This document shows positions 23,447 to 36,387 of a DNA stretch of 64,000 nucleotides, in pieces. The notes beneath the pieces were generated by a model. The model searched no databases, was not told the origin of the DNA, and saw only the letters and a list, made by a program, of their open reading frames with translations. A program made the position numbers and the translations under genes. How positions within the stretch are numbered: the first letter of the stretch is position 1; every line of letters starts with the position of its first letter. Source of the stretch: Schmidtea nova (lineage: Eukaryota); contig CM097882.1 in the NCBI GenBank assembly GCA_044892505.1, positions 404,922,001 through 404,986,000 on the forward strand, written 5' to 3'.

Positions 23447-26400
23447 GGATCTCCCCTCATATCCCCCCGGAATGCTATCTCCCCTCATATCCCCTCCGGT
23501 ATTTGACAAAATAATTAAAATAGTGAAATTAATTAAAAAAAGATTTAGAAAAAAAATTGAAAAATAAGTATAATTTTTAAAATTTATCATTGAAAAGTTA
23601 AATCTAAATAATGTTTAATATAATATAAAATAAAGTAATGACGATTCATTGATATAATATTTTAATTATCAAGTTTAATTAAATTGACCAAAGCCTGGAT
23701 ATCGCTTTCCTTATTATGATCGTAAAACATGAATGTCATAAGGAACTCGTTTCGATATTCTGTTTTGACTCCCATACATTTTTTAATTCCACATTTGATA
23801 TTATTATTATAAGATTCAACATGTTGTGCATGAACACCCCTTATTGGATATACAAAATTATACTTATGACAATTATTTTATGTTCGTATTCGAGCATGTT
23901 CAGACTAGGGCATCTAAATAACCGGAGGAAAAGAACAAACCGGTTTTCGGGTATTTTACGTATCAAAAACCGGTTAACCGGTTAAAACCGTCCTCAGAAA
24001 ATTAAGTACGTAATTTGCAAAATTAAAAAAATGTAAACATTTGTTAAAATTATATCTTAATAGTTTGATTGTTTAATAATAGGTATAATAAATAAATATA
24101 AATAGGTAATGAAACACGTAAAGAGGAAATAATTCTTTTATTTTTGTTTTCAAAGGCGGTGAACAAGAGAAGTTATACGTACATTATAAAAAATATACTA
24201 TAAAATTCATCATAATGAACAAAAATATCAAAATGTAAGAAAAATAGAAATTTACAATACTTATTACTTATACAATAAAATAACACACACATTTTTTTAT
24301 TTATTATTTAAACAATAATATTTTAAGAAAACTAACGCATCAAGTGTATTGTGGTGCATAGAATTTCTAATTTTGGTGCAAAAATTATTAGCAACACTAA
24401 ATACATGTTTACTTGCAGTTGAAGTGGGTTTAATCGTTAATAATGCTTTATATAATTTTTCTAGATTTGGCGTACGTTCTTTGGTAGATTCAAATGATTT
24501 GAAATCTTTATTTAACTGCAATGATTCCTTGGAAATGATTTTCGGGAATGGAACTGTCATAATGGAAGATATGCTTTTTTGCAATTCTATAAATAACAGA
24601 CCCGTTATAACAGTTGAGGAAATTGTGTGAGTGTCACTATTTACAAGTACATCGGATAATTCGCCTGTTTCAGTTATATCAGGTTTTTTTGGGAAAAGCC
24701 TTCCTATAATATCTTTTGCGTATGCAATTGTAGAAGCTTTGGATATATATACTTGAGTTGAGTTAAATACTGTTTTAGGAATCACTGTAGTTTGTAAATA
24801 AGTTTTGTGTTTTTTGATTGTGTCTTTCTAATATTCTTTTAGTTAATAACTTTCTCATTTCAGAACTAAAAGGAGATTCAATTTTTATCTGCTCAAATAA
24901 AAATTGAAATACTCCTTCCGCCATTAAAATTGTTGCATTAGTTTTGCTTAATTCTTTAACGCTAATTTCTAATGGTTTCAGAACATGAAAAATATTTTCT
25001 AATATATTAAAATTAATTTCATTATATAAAAAACTCCTGGTTATTATCTTTAAGAGATTTACGTACATACTCCTTAATTTTAATAAACCTTTTAATCATC
25101 GGTGTCAATCGGTTCCACCACGTTTTACAATCTAATAATAAACTAATTCCTTACTTTCTTATTCTAAAACGTATTTTTGTAAAATAGATATTCTTTCTTT
25201 TTTGCGCGATTTTCTTCTGACTCTTCATTATTTTTTAAACTAATGCCGTGTTTAATTTTCAAGTGCGTTGCGAGAACCGATGTCGATCCTCCTTTGCATT
25301 TCATATCTTTACGACATGTAAGACATTTAGCTGTCTCTGTGATAATGTCCTTGTCGAAATAGCTCCAAACGCTAGATTTTTTCGAATTCATTTTTGATGG
25401 TTGCTAAAATATTTTATAAATATATTAATTTCAACTATACACATACATATAATATATTGGTATTTTGATTTAAGTTTATATTTATAACAAATAAAATTTT
25501 TTTATAAAATTGGTAAAAATGAATTTTTAATTTTACTAAACACTTATAACATGCAATACACGTAATATTAATTACCTGATAGACTTGTTGATTGCGATTA
25601 TGGACACGGGTTGCCAAATCACTTTAATTCCCTTCTTGTCAGCAAAACACAACATTCAAACGCAACGTGAAATTAACGACTGATTTTTGTAGTTTAGTTA
25701 TGCTTTGTGTCGTCGTAGAAAAATATAACAATAGATAGTTGGCTGACCCTTTCCCAAAAAAAGTACCTGAACGAACCTTTCTGCGGAACCGAAGGCATAT
25801 TTTGTGTTTCTTAGAAACGGCACTTTTGTTGACGCCGTTTCTATTTTGAATGTAATCCTCGAGTTGAGCGCATAATTTATAACTGTTTGAATAAAAACTA
25901 AATATTCTTTATATTTAATTAAATAATTGGAAAAATTGGTTAACCGTGTAAAATAACCCGGTTTACGGTTTTTTAAAAACCTCCGATTAACCGGTTAACC
26001 GGTTTCGGATTTAACCGGTTTAGATGCTCTATGTTCAGGCCATAATAGCCTCTCCGCTCATCCGTATGAATTTCCGTTCCTTCTCTTACAATTCTCGTTA
26101 TTATAGCAATAAGCGTTTCGGATGTTCTGTCAGGTACAATCTGGCAATATCCAGATGCAGGAGAGGTGCTTGTATCTACCAAACAAAATGCCCAACTTTG
26201 CTCTCCGGGACCTCTTCCTTTATGACTCTTAACTTTATAGTTAAGCATTGTTTCGTCAGCTTGTACGATAACACCCGGACCGCCCATACGAATGACGTTA
26301 TTTTCATAAAAATTGACAATTTTTTTGTTTTATTTTACGAGGTAAACGTTCGACAGTAGCCAAAGATACTCGTGAATTACGAGCTATATACGTTTGTTTT

Positions 26401-26854
26401 AATCCTTGTGAGAAATAATAGACAAACTTGAGTATTCGAGTTATATCGGTTTTAAGTCCTTCAAACCAGCTGCCTATTCGAATGCTTCTTGTAGTTTGAC
26501 ATTTATCACATGAATAATTTGTACAGTGATAATTGTATCCATCTTGAGAGTCTTTCGTTTTTTTCAGCGACATTGAACGCCCACAATACCTGCATGTAGG
26601 TGAATCTACAATCAATTTATTTGCTAATAAAAATTGTATAATTTCTTCTTTGTTTTTGCTGTCAACCATATAAAAAATAATTCAACTATTTTTAGGGTTT
26701 TAATTTATAATTCAATCAATAGATTCAATTATAATTCAATTATATTCATTTTATTATTATTTTCATTTCTTTTCTTTTTATTTTAGATTAATTTAATTTA
26801 TATATATATAACTACCCTTATACCCCCCCGTCGGGGGAATATGAGGGGAGATCC
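23447..26854 (-). mobile_element. Merlin transposon interrupted by a hAT element
   Basis: TIRs GGATCTCCCCTCATAT..CCCCC; TSD AAAATTCC/AAAATTCG. Transposase 26669->26032 (CRYC, SIRIGSWF, GGPGVIVQADET, IHTDE) resumes 23905->23680 (HKYNFV, GVHAQHVES). Confidence 0.93.
23906..26031 (-). mobile_element. Internally deleted hAT (BED-finger) transposon nested in Merlin
   Basis: TIRs TAGGGCATCTAAA / TTTAGATGCTCTA; subterminal AACCGGTT repeats; BED finger (SSVWSYF...CLTC...GSTS.L..HL..KH) at 25391-25164; C-terminal dimerisation motif (LTIKPTST...VFS...RNSM) at 24785-24297. Confidence 0.92.
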
Positions 26855-27232
26855 AAAATTCGATTCGAAAAATACAAAATTAATAACTAAAGAGAAAAAA
26901 TGGATATTAAAAAAATATAAAAATAAATTACTTTAGAAAATTAAATAACAGAATAAACCAAAGAAAATAAAACCAATTGGCAAATAAGAAAACTAAAGAA
27001 ATTGCCTAGGACATTTACAAAGCAAAACGAAAATTCAATAACAAAATCAAAAGACAATAGCAAACAAGACCACTGAAAATCTAAAAAAGAAACTTTGGAA
27101 AATAATTAAAAATTGCAAATAAGAATAAAAATAAGACAATAAAAGTTTCGTTTATGCATTCGCTATTAGTACTGGTTACTTTTTCTTTCTTCTTTAATTA
27201 AATAAAAGTTGGTTTAATTTTTATTCATTCTT

Positions 27233-28120
27233 TGTTGTGATAACGTATACTAGCATACAAGTACACACTATATCGTAACAAACACAGTGTTGGTGTTAGT
27301 ATAAAAATTACAAAAGCAACAAGAAATAATAGTAAAAGCAAAGAAATATCAAAATAAATATAATTGCAAAAATTAATTAAAATTTGTCAAAAGTTTAAAA
27401 TTAATATTGATCGGGGGAAATGGGTATGGTTGAATGCCAAATCAAAAGACGAACCCAAAAATAACTAGAAATTTACTAAAAGGCCCCCAGAGAAAGTTAT
27501 ATATTAAAAACAAACTAATTAAAAGTAATTAATCGCTCAATGGGAAGCCCAAGACAATGGGAAGCCCGAGGCAATGAGAAACCCGAGCGATAAAGGAAAT
27601 CCGAGCGCAGTAGAAACCCGTGAGATCAAAGGCGGGAGATTGCGCAGGGCAATTAGGGAGAATCCATCCGAGCGCAAACATAATAATGTGTTGATGAACC
27701 AATTAAGCTAGAGATTGGGTAACTTTTAGTTGTTCATGAAAATTTAATTGTCATTTGCGATATGTATAAAAGGCGGCGAAAAGTAAAGGACAGGGCCAGA
27801 AACTGAGAGATTAACTAACAAAAAGTTATTAAATTTTTTTGAAATAAACCAAGAGAGAGGAAAGAGAGAACTTTCGGAATTCGATAAGACAGTAAACGAA
27901 GTGAGGAAAGATATTTTGAAACCGTCCTAACGACAGGATCAAATCCGAATCAGAAAGAAAGTGCAAATTGTTGAGAGTGTACATTCTATTGATTTAAACA
28001 AGTTGGAATAAATTGTAATTTGTGGTGATCACCAAATAAATTGTTCTGTGTTGGGTTTCATTGATTTTCGATAATTAAAGAACACGATGAATCAGGTCTT
28101 AGAACCGATCTTTAACAACA
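27233..28120 (+). mobile_element. Possible solo LTR of another family
   Basis: TGTTG start and CAACA end, short enhancer-like repeats (AATGGGAAGCCC, about 27539-27610), TATAAAAGG at about 27765, downstream AATAAA. No TSD found; boundaries uncertain. Confidence 0.4.
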
Positions 28121-30105
28121 CAATAATAACCCAACAACAGCATTCATCCCAGCAGTCCCGACACAAGTTTTACAAGAGACTCTGCTGAGCTCTACAGTTT
28201 CTTTACAGTTCAAACAAGAATACTTCGNNNNNNNNNNNNNNNNNNNNNNNNNNNNNNNNNNNNNNNNNNNNNNNNNNNNNNNNNNNNNNNNNNNNNNNNN
28301 NNNNNNNNNNNNNNNNNNNNNNNNNNNNNNNNNNNNNNNNNNNNNNNNNNNNNNNNNNNNNNNNNNNNNCGTGTGCAATAAGTTAACTTAATTCTCCACG
28401 AGAACATCAATTAGTACAAAGTAAAGATATAAAAAACAAGGATCGGTAAGAACGAGTAATTAAAATACTAAAACGCAAGAAGTACAAGCACTTGAATATT
28501 AGGCATGCAAATCGAATTTCATAAAATCGTCCAGATAAGGGAATGTGATAGAAAAAAGACATTTCAAAAGCGAGTACACAATTTTATTATAGGTAGGATT
28601 TACACACGCAGGACCGCAAGCAAATTGAATGAGGAAAGATCTCAGCAAGTATTAAAATATGAAAAAGCATGAGCAAGGTATAAAAATAGCATTACAAATT
28701 AAAAGAATAAAAATCCCCATTAAAATATCGTTACAATTGAGGAAATAGGATAAAAATTGATTGTTTAAGTCAATCAATTAATATGTGATAATGCTCAGGA
28801 CAGAGCCATGATGGACACACACACATTATGTTGGTAAATTATTGAAAAGATACAAAAATAAATTAATTGAATAAAGATTTTAATCTAATCGAGTGAATTA
28901 TGAAATAAATCAATTTATAATTAGGTGTGCATTAACAATGTTAAAGTTTTCAGAATTTCTCTCCACATGATTCACACGTAGCTGAGAGAAGTTACACATA
29001 CCTCACATATAACCCAACGGCCGAGTATGTGGACATAAACAAATATTTAGTATAAATACGACACTGAAATCATTAATTTAACTTATTTTTTACCAGCCAA
29101 GTTCACCAAGTAAGCAAAGCGATGCGCAAAAGTTTTGAATTATTTTGAATTATTTCTAAACTTTTTTAATTTTATTATTATTCGTTATGCTCATATTGGT
29201 CATAATGATTTCACATTTAACTAAATTATTTCTAGAGTTCGACTAAAAATGAGCAACTCTAGTGGTCGAAAAGGTACATTGACAGTTTCTTGTACTGGTT
29301 GGTAACCTAACTTGGGCTCGATTATAGCTATGGGTAGGTTATATAAAGATCATTTAAAATCAGTTAAGTGTAAAATCTGTTGTGGCTTGAAGAGAGCCAT
29401 ATAGTGTTCTTTTCTTGTAAAATTCATAGCATTGACTCTGCTGCATCAACAAGTAGTTTATATGTTACGGAATCATACAACATCTTTGCTAGATGTACCG
29501 ACTCCTTGCAAATCGATGGAAAGAAATATTGATAAAGAATTTTATCCTCATAAAGTTCTCAAACTTTAAATAGTGTAGTAAATATAAATTATGGGACCCA
29601 GAAAATATGTGGGAAAAAGTAAATCCTTAAAATAAAGTTCATGTAAATTTTTCGAGGAAATATAGGAGGAGCCTTAATAAGGTTCAATACTATATTATAT
29701 TAATCACTTGTCTTTCTTTTCAATACGAATATTTTATTTATTTTCACACCACGATAAAATTGTAAAATGTACGATCAGCTCTAACAACGTAAGCACAACG
29801 AAACATGGTTTTTATATTTTTTACAAGTCGACGCTAGCTATTTGCAAGTGTAGTGATTGACTAAAAGCACCCAACCTTGCCTTGAATTGGTGATAATGTT
29901 CAAATGTATGTTTATTTTTATTCTGCAGAATTAATTAGCAGCTTGTGTCCATGTGCACTCCACCCACTCTGGCTGACCCTGGTGATCAGGATCTCATACA
30001 GGTTGAAGCATTTTATTGAAATAACCATTTTGGAGAAGACATCACTTTTAATTATTATATTTGAAAAATATTTCGTTAATGACAAACAATAGAAGTTTAA
30101 TATTT

Positions 30106-30107
<2 letters not shown>

Positions 30108-30170
<63 letters not shown>
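30108..30170. repeat. (ATT)n microsatellite
   Basis: Direct reading. Confidence 0.95.
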
Positions 30171-30173
<3 letters not shown>

Positions 30174-30175
30174 AA

Positions 30176-30903
30176 GGCTGTAAGTTTTCTTCACCGAAGA
30201 TGAAGAAAAAGTAATCTTCACCGAAAAATTATTAAAATAAAAAATCAATAAAAATGTAAAAAAAATTAAACAAAAATCAGATTTAAATATTCTTCACCGA
30301 TTTTTTGTGTAAAAATATAAACAATAAACAATATTAATTATTTAATGGAAATCTAAATCTAAGTACTATGGCCTTTAATTATTCAACGTCATAATATTCC
30401 TTAAAAAAATTCCATGACATATGAAAGTTCTGTTTTTGTTTCGTTTTCTTTATTGGCATATTTCTTAGTCCAATATTCTTTCATAGAATCACTTATTTTT
30501 TTTGAATTAAATTGATGCTCAATAATCAAGTTTTTTCCAAAATCTTCTAAACTTGAATTTATGGTATTACATACAGAATTAAGGTGTCTGTGGTAGCCTT
30601 CCAAACTATTAGTTGTTCTTGGTAAATTATCCAATCTTCTTTCCTCTTTGGCTCAGCGTTATATGACGTTTTAGATCCATTTGGACTTTGTCACTTACTG
30701 TCTTGTCAGTCTTGTTCTCGTTTTCGTTTTCGGAATTCATTAATGGGTCAATCTAAAATTACAAACAAATGGTAGTTTTCGTAATTTTAGGCATTTTTAG
30801 TACCAACATTGTGGTTAATAGCAATTTAGAATAATTTTAAACAATACTATTAATTATTTATTGATTTATTATTTTAATATTTCGGTGAAGAAATCTTCTA
30901 ACG
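30176..30903 (-). mobile_element. MULE/Mutator-derived deletion remnant
   Basis: Inverted TTCTTCACCGAA / TTCGGTGAAGAA ends; ORF 30634-30401 begins LPRTTNSLEGYHRHLN, the MULE catalytic-E motif (RTNNxxExxH). Confidence 0.7.
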
Positions 30904-31659
30904 AATAATAATAACTATTTAGTAATTTAATTATTTTTTAGATAAATTAAATCTAAACTTTGATATCAACACATAAACTAGTTAAAAATAATTTTACACA
31001 GAAATAAAATTTTCCATAGATATAAAATTTTACTAATAATCTTCATGTTGTAAAATATTTAAATAAATATATTTTTCACAATTTTTTATTTTTAAAATTC
31101 TGAATTCTCACATAAATTATGGTGATTTAAAATTCAGTACTCCTTCATTCCTACCAAGCAACTGGCGGACTACATTTATGATTTGCCAATGTGTATAATT
31201 GACTATGCGTTTAATTATAGAGGCGTCACCGGAATAGATATCAGAAATGGAACATTGCGAGAAAATACGTATTATGTTGTCCTGTGTCCCATAGCAATCT
31301 CATGTTACAGAGCCAATCAATTTTTCATGAGGAACTCCGCGGATAAGGGTTATTATAATTATTTTTTTCATTTTAATGATTTTAATACATTAAATTTTAA
31401 ATTTAAACAATTATTTCATTATAAATCAAATCAACCAAAATGTGAAAAATATGAAAAAAATAAATGTTTTCAAATAAAAGGAATTAATATTTGATAAATA
31501 TTATAAATTGGTATATTTTTTTACATATTATAAATAAAGGTATAGCGGACTCTATAGTTTGTTGTGGTTGAAAGAAAAAAATATCTGGATAATTTCAGAA
31601 CTTCTTCGTTGTTATCCTTTAAATAAAATTGTAATTTTTAGTTTTTTGTATTTGTAATG

Positions 31660-32400
31660 CCTCAGACTTTTCAATTTAACTATGACATTATTTAATAATT
31701 GGATTATTAATTTAATATTATATTAAATACACTTTTTTCTTTTTGTTTTAAATAAGCAAAATAATGCACTTTTACACTTTCAAAAAAACCAACATGACGA
31801 ACATGCTCCAAAAAGAATTTATAATTATAAAATCAAAATCTGAAATGAAATCCAATGAAATGTTTTCAAATCCGAATGAGGCGACGAATCCGAGATCTAC
31901 AGAAATATCGAGTGAAAAGAAGCTCTCTGAATCCAATACTAATACTTATTAACTATCGGATTGTGTCAAAACAATCATCAATCATTGAATACGAGAATTC
32001 TTTCATCTTCATCTCAATTATATTCTCCGTCTTGAAGGGCAAATGCTCATTTACTTCAACAATTTCAAAACGATTCCCAATATTTCTCGTTGCTAAACAT
32101 TCGCAATGTGACTTCGATTTTAAGTGCTTGCAATATGAATCAGATTAATGAGTTTTCCGATGTCGTTCCTATGGATGACAATCATACCAGCAATCGTTTA
32201 TGCATAGTGAAACCAATAAGCAATTCAACCAAAACCCATTGAATACCAAACACAATACGTGTAATGTTCAAACAATGCCAAATCCCAGCAAAATTATTTA
32301 AAATCAACTGGTTAGGCTGTCAAAGATTAGCAATTACAAAAGCCAAGGATTTGATTCATCAACTATTGTAGATTGGAATATATTGTATTTCGTTTTTAAT
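31660..32400 (+). repeat. Second degenerate copy of the CTCAGAC-leader family (MTNMLQKEFIIIKS)
   Basis: GCCTCAGAC.TT.CAATTTAA..ATGACATTA leader and N-terminal peptide shared with 5850-6030. Confidence 0.45.
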
Positions 32401-32637
32401 TTTTTCCTTTTTTACAGTATTATAAAACTAAAGTATAATAACGAAGAACTTTATTTCCCTCAGTTATTAACAGGTGATTCGTGGGATTTCAAGAATCTGA
32501 GTGTTTATAATTTTGTCATTTTTAATTTTTAATACATAAATAATCAAATTATATAATTACTGTTGTATGTAACACCATACATATTGTGTTTGTATTTTAA
32601 TTTTAAAATTTTTTAAATAATTGAACAATTATATTAA

Positions 32638-34063
32638 CCCTTTAAGGACAGGATTTTTTAAAAGAAAGTTTTAAAAAAAATAAAAGTGTTTTTTATTCAA
32701 AAGTTTATTTTTACGATAAATTTCAAAACAATCAACAACACACAACCCAACATCACAATCATTACATTCAAATCTTGATCGCTTATTTGCAAGTTTTTTT
32801 GATCCTGTTGTGCAAACAATTGCATTTTCTTTGGCCGGTAGTGTTTTGATTGTTCTTTTCAATGTAAGAAGGAAAGTGTCTTGAAGATAAACGAAGAGGA
32901 TTAGATATTCTTGGTCTACCAACACTTATTTTACGCATTGAACGTATTTGGTGAAAATTTGTTCAATAACATCAAGTTTATATTTAGTAAATGATAAATT
33001 TACTGGATTTCTCATTTTGTATATTGTTTTCACTATTTCTTCAGCTATTCCAATATCAGATGGTGAATATATAATTGTGTCTGAACCAGTGTAAACAATA
33101 AAATCAATTACATATTTGGTTTCACAGTCACAAAGAATAAACATTTTTATACCAAATTGATTTCTTTTTTATGGTATGTACTGATTGAAAGATAATCTTC
33201 CTTTATGTAATACCAAACTTTCATCTATACATAGATTTTGAAAAGAAATTAATGTTGATGCGAATTTTGACTTGATTCTTTCAATTATTGGTTGTATTTT
33301 TCTAAGACGCGATTCATTTTGTATGTAGCGAAGTATAGCTAAGAATCTATCTCTTGTAAACATCTTAGGAATCATCGACGCTTCAAGTAATGGGTTTGTT
33401 GACCAATAATCTTTAATACACGGCTTTTTCACCATTCCCATTAGCATGATTACACCGATAAACACATACATTTCACTCGAACTTGTATCATACCAAGGAG
33501 CACTATTTGAATATTCTTGATGTGAACACTGTTGATGATAAGTATTTGTTTAATTAACAATATCATTTATAAATTTTTCATTTAAGAAATGTTCAAAATA
33601 ATCAATTGAAAAAAAACAATCTAATTGAATTTCTGAATTTACACCTGGATTAGATGTAAAATTCCATTGTTTAGATTGAAAATGACCATCGAACCAGCCT
33701 GAACTTGATAAATTTGATTCATTTTCACTATCTGAATCATAATCATTTCGATTTCAGTTTCAGAACCAGAATCTTCATCACAAAAAATTTCAGAAATAGT
33801 AGAGTTAGAATTATACATTTCAGGTATTAAATTCAAAATAAAACTTTTATAAAAACTTCTCAATTTATTAATTTTTTGAACAGGATGTGATTTTACAATA
33901 GGAAAAAATATCAAATTTTTTTATTTTTTTCAAAGTAGGTCATTCTATATATCAAAATGTGCATCTTTTAATTATCTTTCAAGCGATTCCTAAATAAAAA
34001 AAATTGTTAATCCGTTATCAAGATATTTGAGTTACTATATATAGTACACACGTCCTGAAAGGG
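32638..34063 (-). mobile_element. Internally deleted piggyBac (PGBD4-like) transposon
   Basis: TTAA-CCCTTT...AAAGGG-TTAA ends; IKDYWST, RDRF, CIDESL...KGRLSFNQYIP, GIKMFILCD, C-terminal Cys-rich domain CNDCDVGLCVVDCF. Confidence 0.95.
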
Positions 34064-34934
34064 TTAAACAATATATTTTTCATTGTTGGTCGATAGCGGA
34101 GTATTTTTAAATGCAATAATAATATTAAGATATAATTCCTAATCTAAAAATAAAATCTAAATATTGTCAGCACATCACGTGATTTTTCACGAGTTTCAGC
34201 TAGTATTACTTAATTAAGTAAAGATTATTTTTACATTTCATGTATTTCAAAAGATTATTTAAAAAATTAAAATGTTTTACTGGATCGGGAGTCTTTAGCA
34301 GTTGTTTCCAAAGTTGGCGATACCGCAAACTTGTGTGTGCTGGGTTTTACAGGGGTAATAGTGACTTCGAATTCAATTTGGAGCCAAGAATGATAATGAT
34401 AATTGGCAAAGAAAAACATGAAGATAAAAAGAAATAATTGTTTTGTTTTATATAGCATGGAGTTAAAGTTTTATTGATTAATTTATTTTCCAATTTAACA
34501 TACAAAATGCAAGTTGCAAATGATTGATGGTCACTGGTGATGGATATCATTAGGTAGTATTATTAACCGTAATTATTAAGAAATAATGTTTAAATTAGGA
34601 GAATTTCGTAGAAAGGGAGGTTTTAAATTAAAGTGTTTTGTTAATAAATTTTATATTTTTTCAGTTTTTAATGCATAGTTACAGGCCATCGCAGCCACCA
34701 AAGTTGGCACAGCTTCTCGGAAATCGCAGTGGGGACGACGAAAATAATGTCAGGGAATTTATTAAGAAAAGCAGACGAGCTGCTAAATTATATAGGAAGC
34801 CGAAATCATGACAATTTTACCACTGATTCTGATTGAGAACGCATATTCAGAATTCGATATGCTGGAAGGAGATTTGAAGGAAAGGATTTTTGTTAGAATA
34901 TGTGCTCTCAACATTGGTAAAACGCCCTAGATGG

Positions 34935-35600
34935 CATGGGCGCCCGCAGAGAAAGGTAGGGGGGCACTTGCCCACCCCCTGGATTGATTAAAAATAGTCA
35001 AATAATGCTACTTTTATCTTAAATCACTTTGTGTTAGCATAAAGAAAGTGTGGAGAGATAGAACTTTGGTCAGCTTGGGGCAACATCATTGCCAGGTTGG
35101 CCAGGCACCAGTGTGATGTGAGCATCAAGCGTTCGGCCCCCACGCCCTTCTGTCTGAAGCAAGTGCCGCATCCCGTAAACTCCGCGCGTCGTATTGTATT
35201 TACCTAAGCAAATACTCCTGTAACCTTTATATAAATAAACTTGTGAATCGAGCCGTGATTATTACTAAACCTTACCTTATCGAAAGTTGGCAAACTTTCT
35301 GATATCAAAATCCTAGTCAATGCCATCTTCCAATAATTAACTCAATGGATAGTCGATTTTGTGAAACCAACAGAAAACAATTTAACTTAGCGTTGTTACA
35401 TCCTTCGAAATTGTGCACACTGAATCTTCAACAGTTTAAGGATATAATGTCTACTATTAGTCAAGTATACCACATTGATAATTTTGAAACTGAAGACTTG
35501 AGTTGGTTTGATTTTTTGAAAACGCGAGAATACAAAAGTAGCCAAGATTTCATCAACTTGTTACCTTTTACAAAGTTTTATCCGAGTGTCAAGCCTTTGT
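34935..35600 (+). mobile_element. hAT fragment (5' TIR CATGGGCGCCCGCAG plus transposase C-terminal remnant) with a GC-rich LTR-like insert at about 35049-35275
   Basis: hAT-type terminus; TQMDSRF...FYPSVK remnant; insert begins TG and has TATATAAATAAA. Confidence 0.45.
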
Positions 35601-36290
35601 TTAATTATATTGGTATTGAAATGTCTTTGTTTAATTATATTGGTTTTGAAATGTCTTTGTTTAGCTTCTTGGCATTGAATTGTCTTTGTTAAGAAATTTG
35701 GCAATGAATATTCTTTGTTAAGAAATTTGGCAATGAATTGTCTTTGTTAAGTAATTTGGCAATGAAATGTCTTTGTTAAGAAACTTGGCAATGCATTGTC
35801 TTTGTTTAGTTTTTTGGCAATAAATTGTCTTTGTAATGAAATTTGGCAATGAAATGTCTTTGTTAAGAAATTTGGCAATGAATTGTCTTTGTTAAGAAAT
35901 TTGGCAATGAAATGTCTTTGTTTGGCTTCTTGGCATCGAAATGTCTTTGTTTAATTATTTTACCAATTAAATGTCTTTGTTAATATTGCACATGGATTGC
36001 AATGTCTTTGTTAATGTTGCACATGGATTGCAATGTCTTTGTTAATATTGCACATGGATTGCAATGTTTCTTGATGACTCACATTTGTGTTTAAAAAATT
36101 TGGGTTAAAAAAATTTGTATTAAAAAAATTTGTGTTAAAAAAATTTGTGTTAAAAAAATTTGTGTTAAAAAAATTTGTGTTAAAAAAAAATTTGAAAAAA
36201 AAATTTTTGGCGCGAAAAAAAAATTTGAAAAATTTTTTTTGGCGCTAAAAAAAATTTGAAAAAAAATTTTATGAGTCATCAAAAAAAAAT
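35596..36290. repeat. Minisatellites: about 30-bp GAAATGTCTTTGTTAAGAAATTTGGCAAT units, then 15-bp TTAAAAAAATTTGTG units; probably a Polinton-type subterminal region ending CTACT at 36387
   Basis: Direct reading; TGACTCA/TGAGTCA motifs at about 36075, 36272, 36343. Confidence 0.8.
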
Positions 36291-36387
36291 TTCTACCCCC
36301 CCCGGGGTCTTTGTTCTTTTTCCCGCCCACGCCACCCACGCAATGAGTCATAATGTCCCTATTCCCGGCTCCACACATCTACCTACT

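Noticed and set aside
35596-36180. Regularly spaced repeats suggesting a CRISPR-like array (also 39305-39610)
   Set aside because: Units are contiguous or have mutually similar spacers, the context is eukaryotic, and there are no cas genes.
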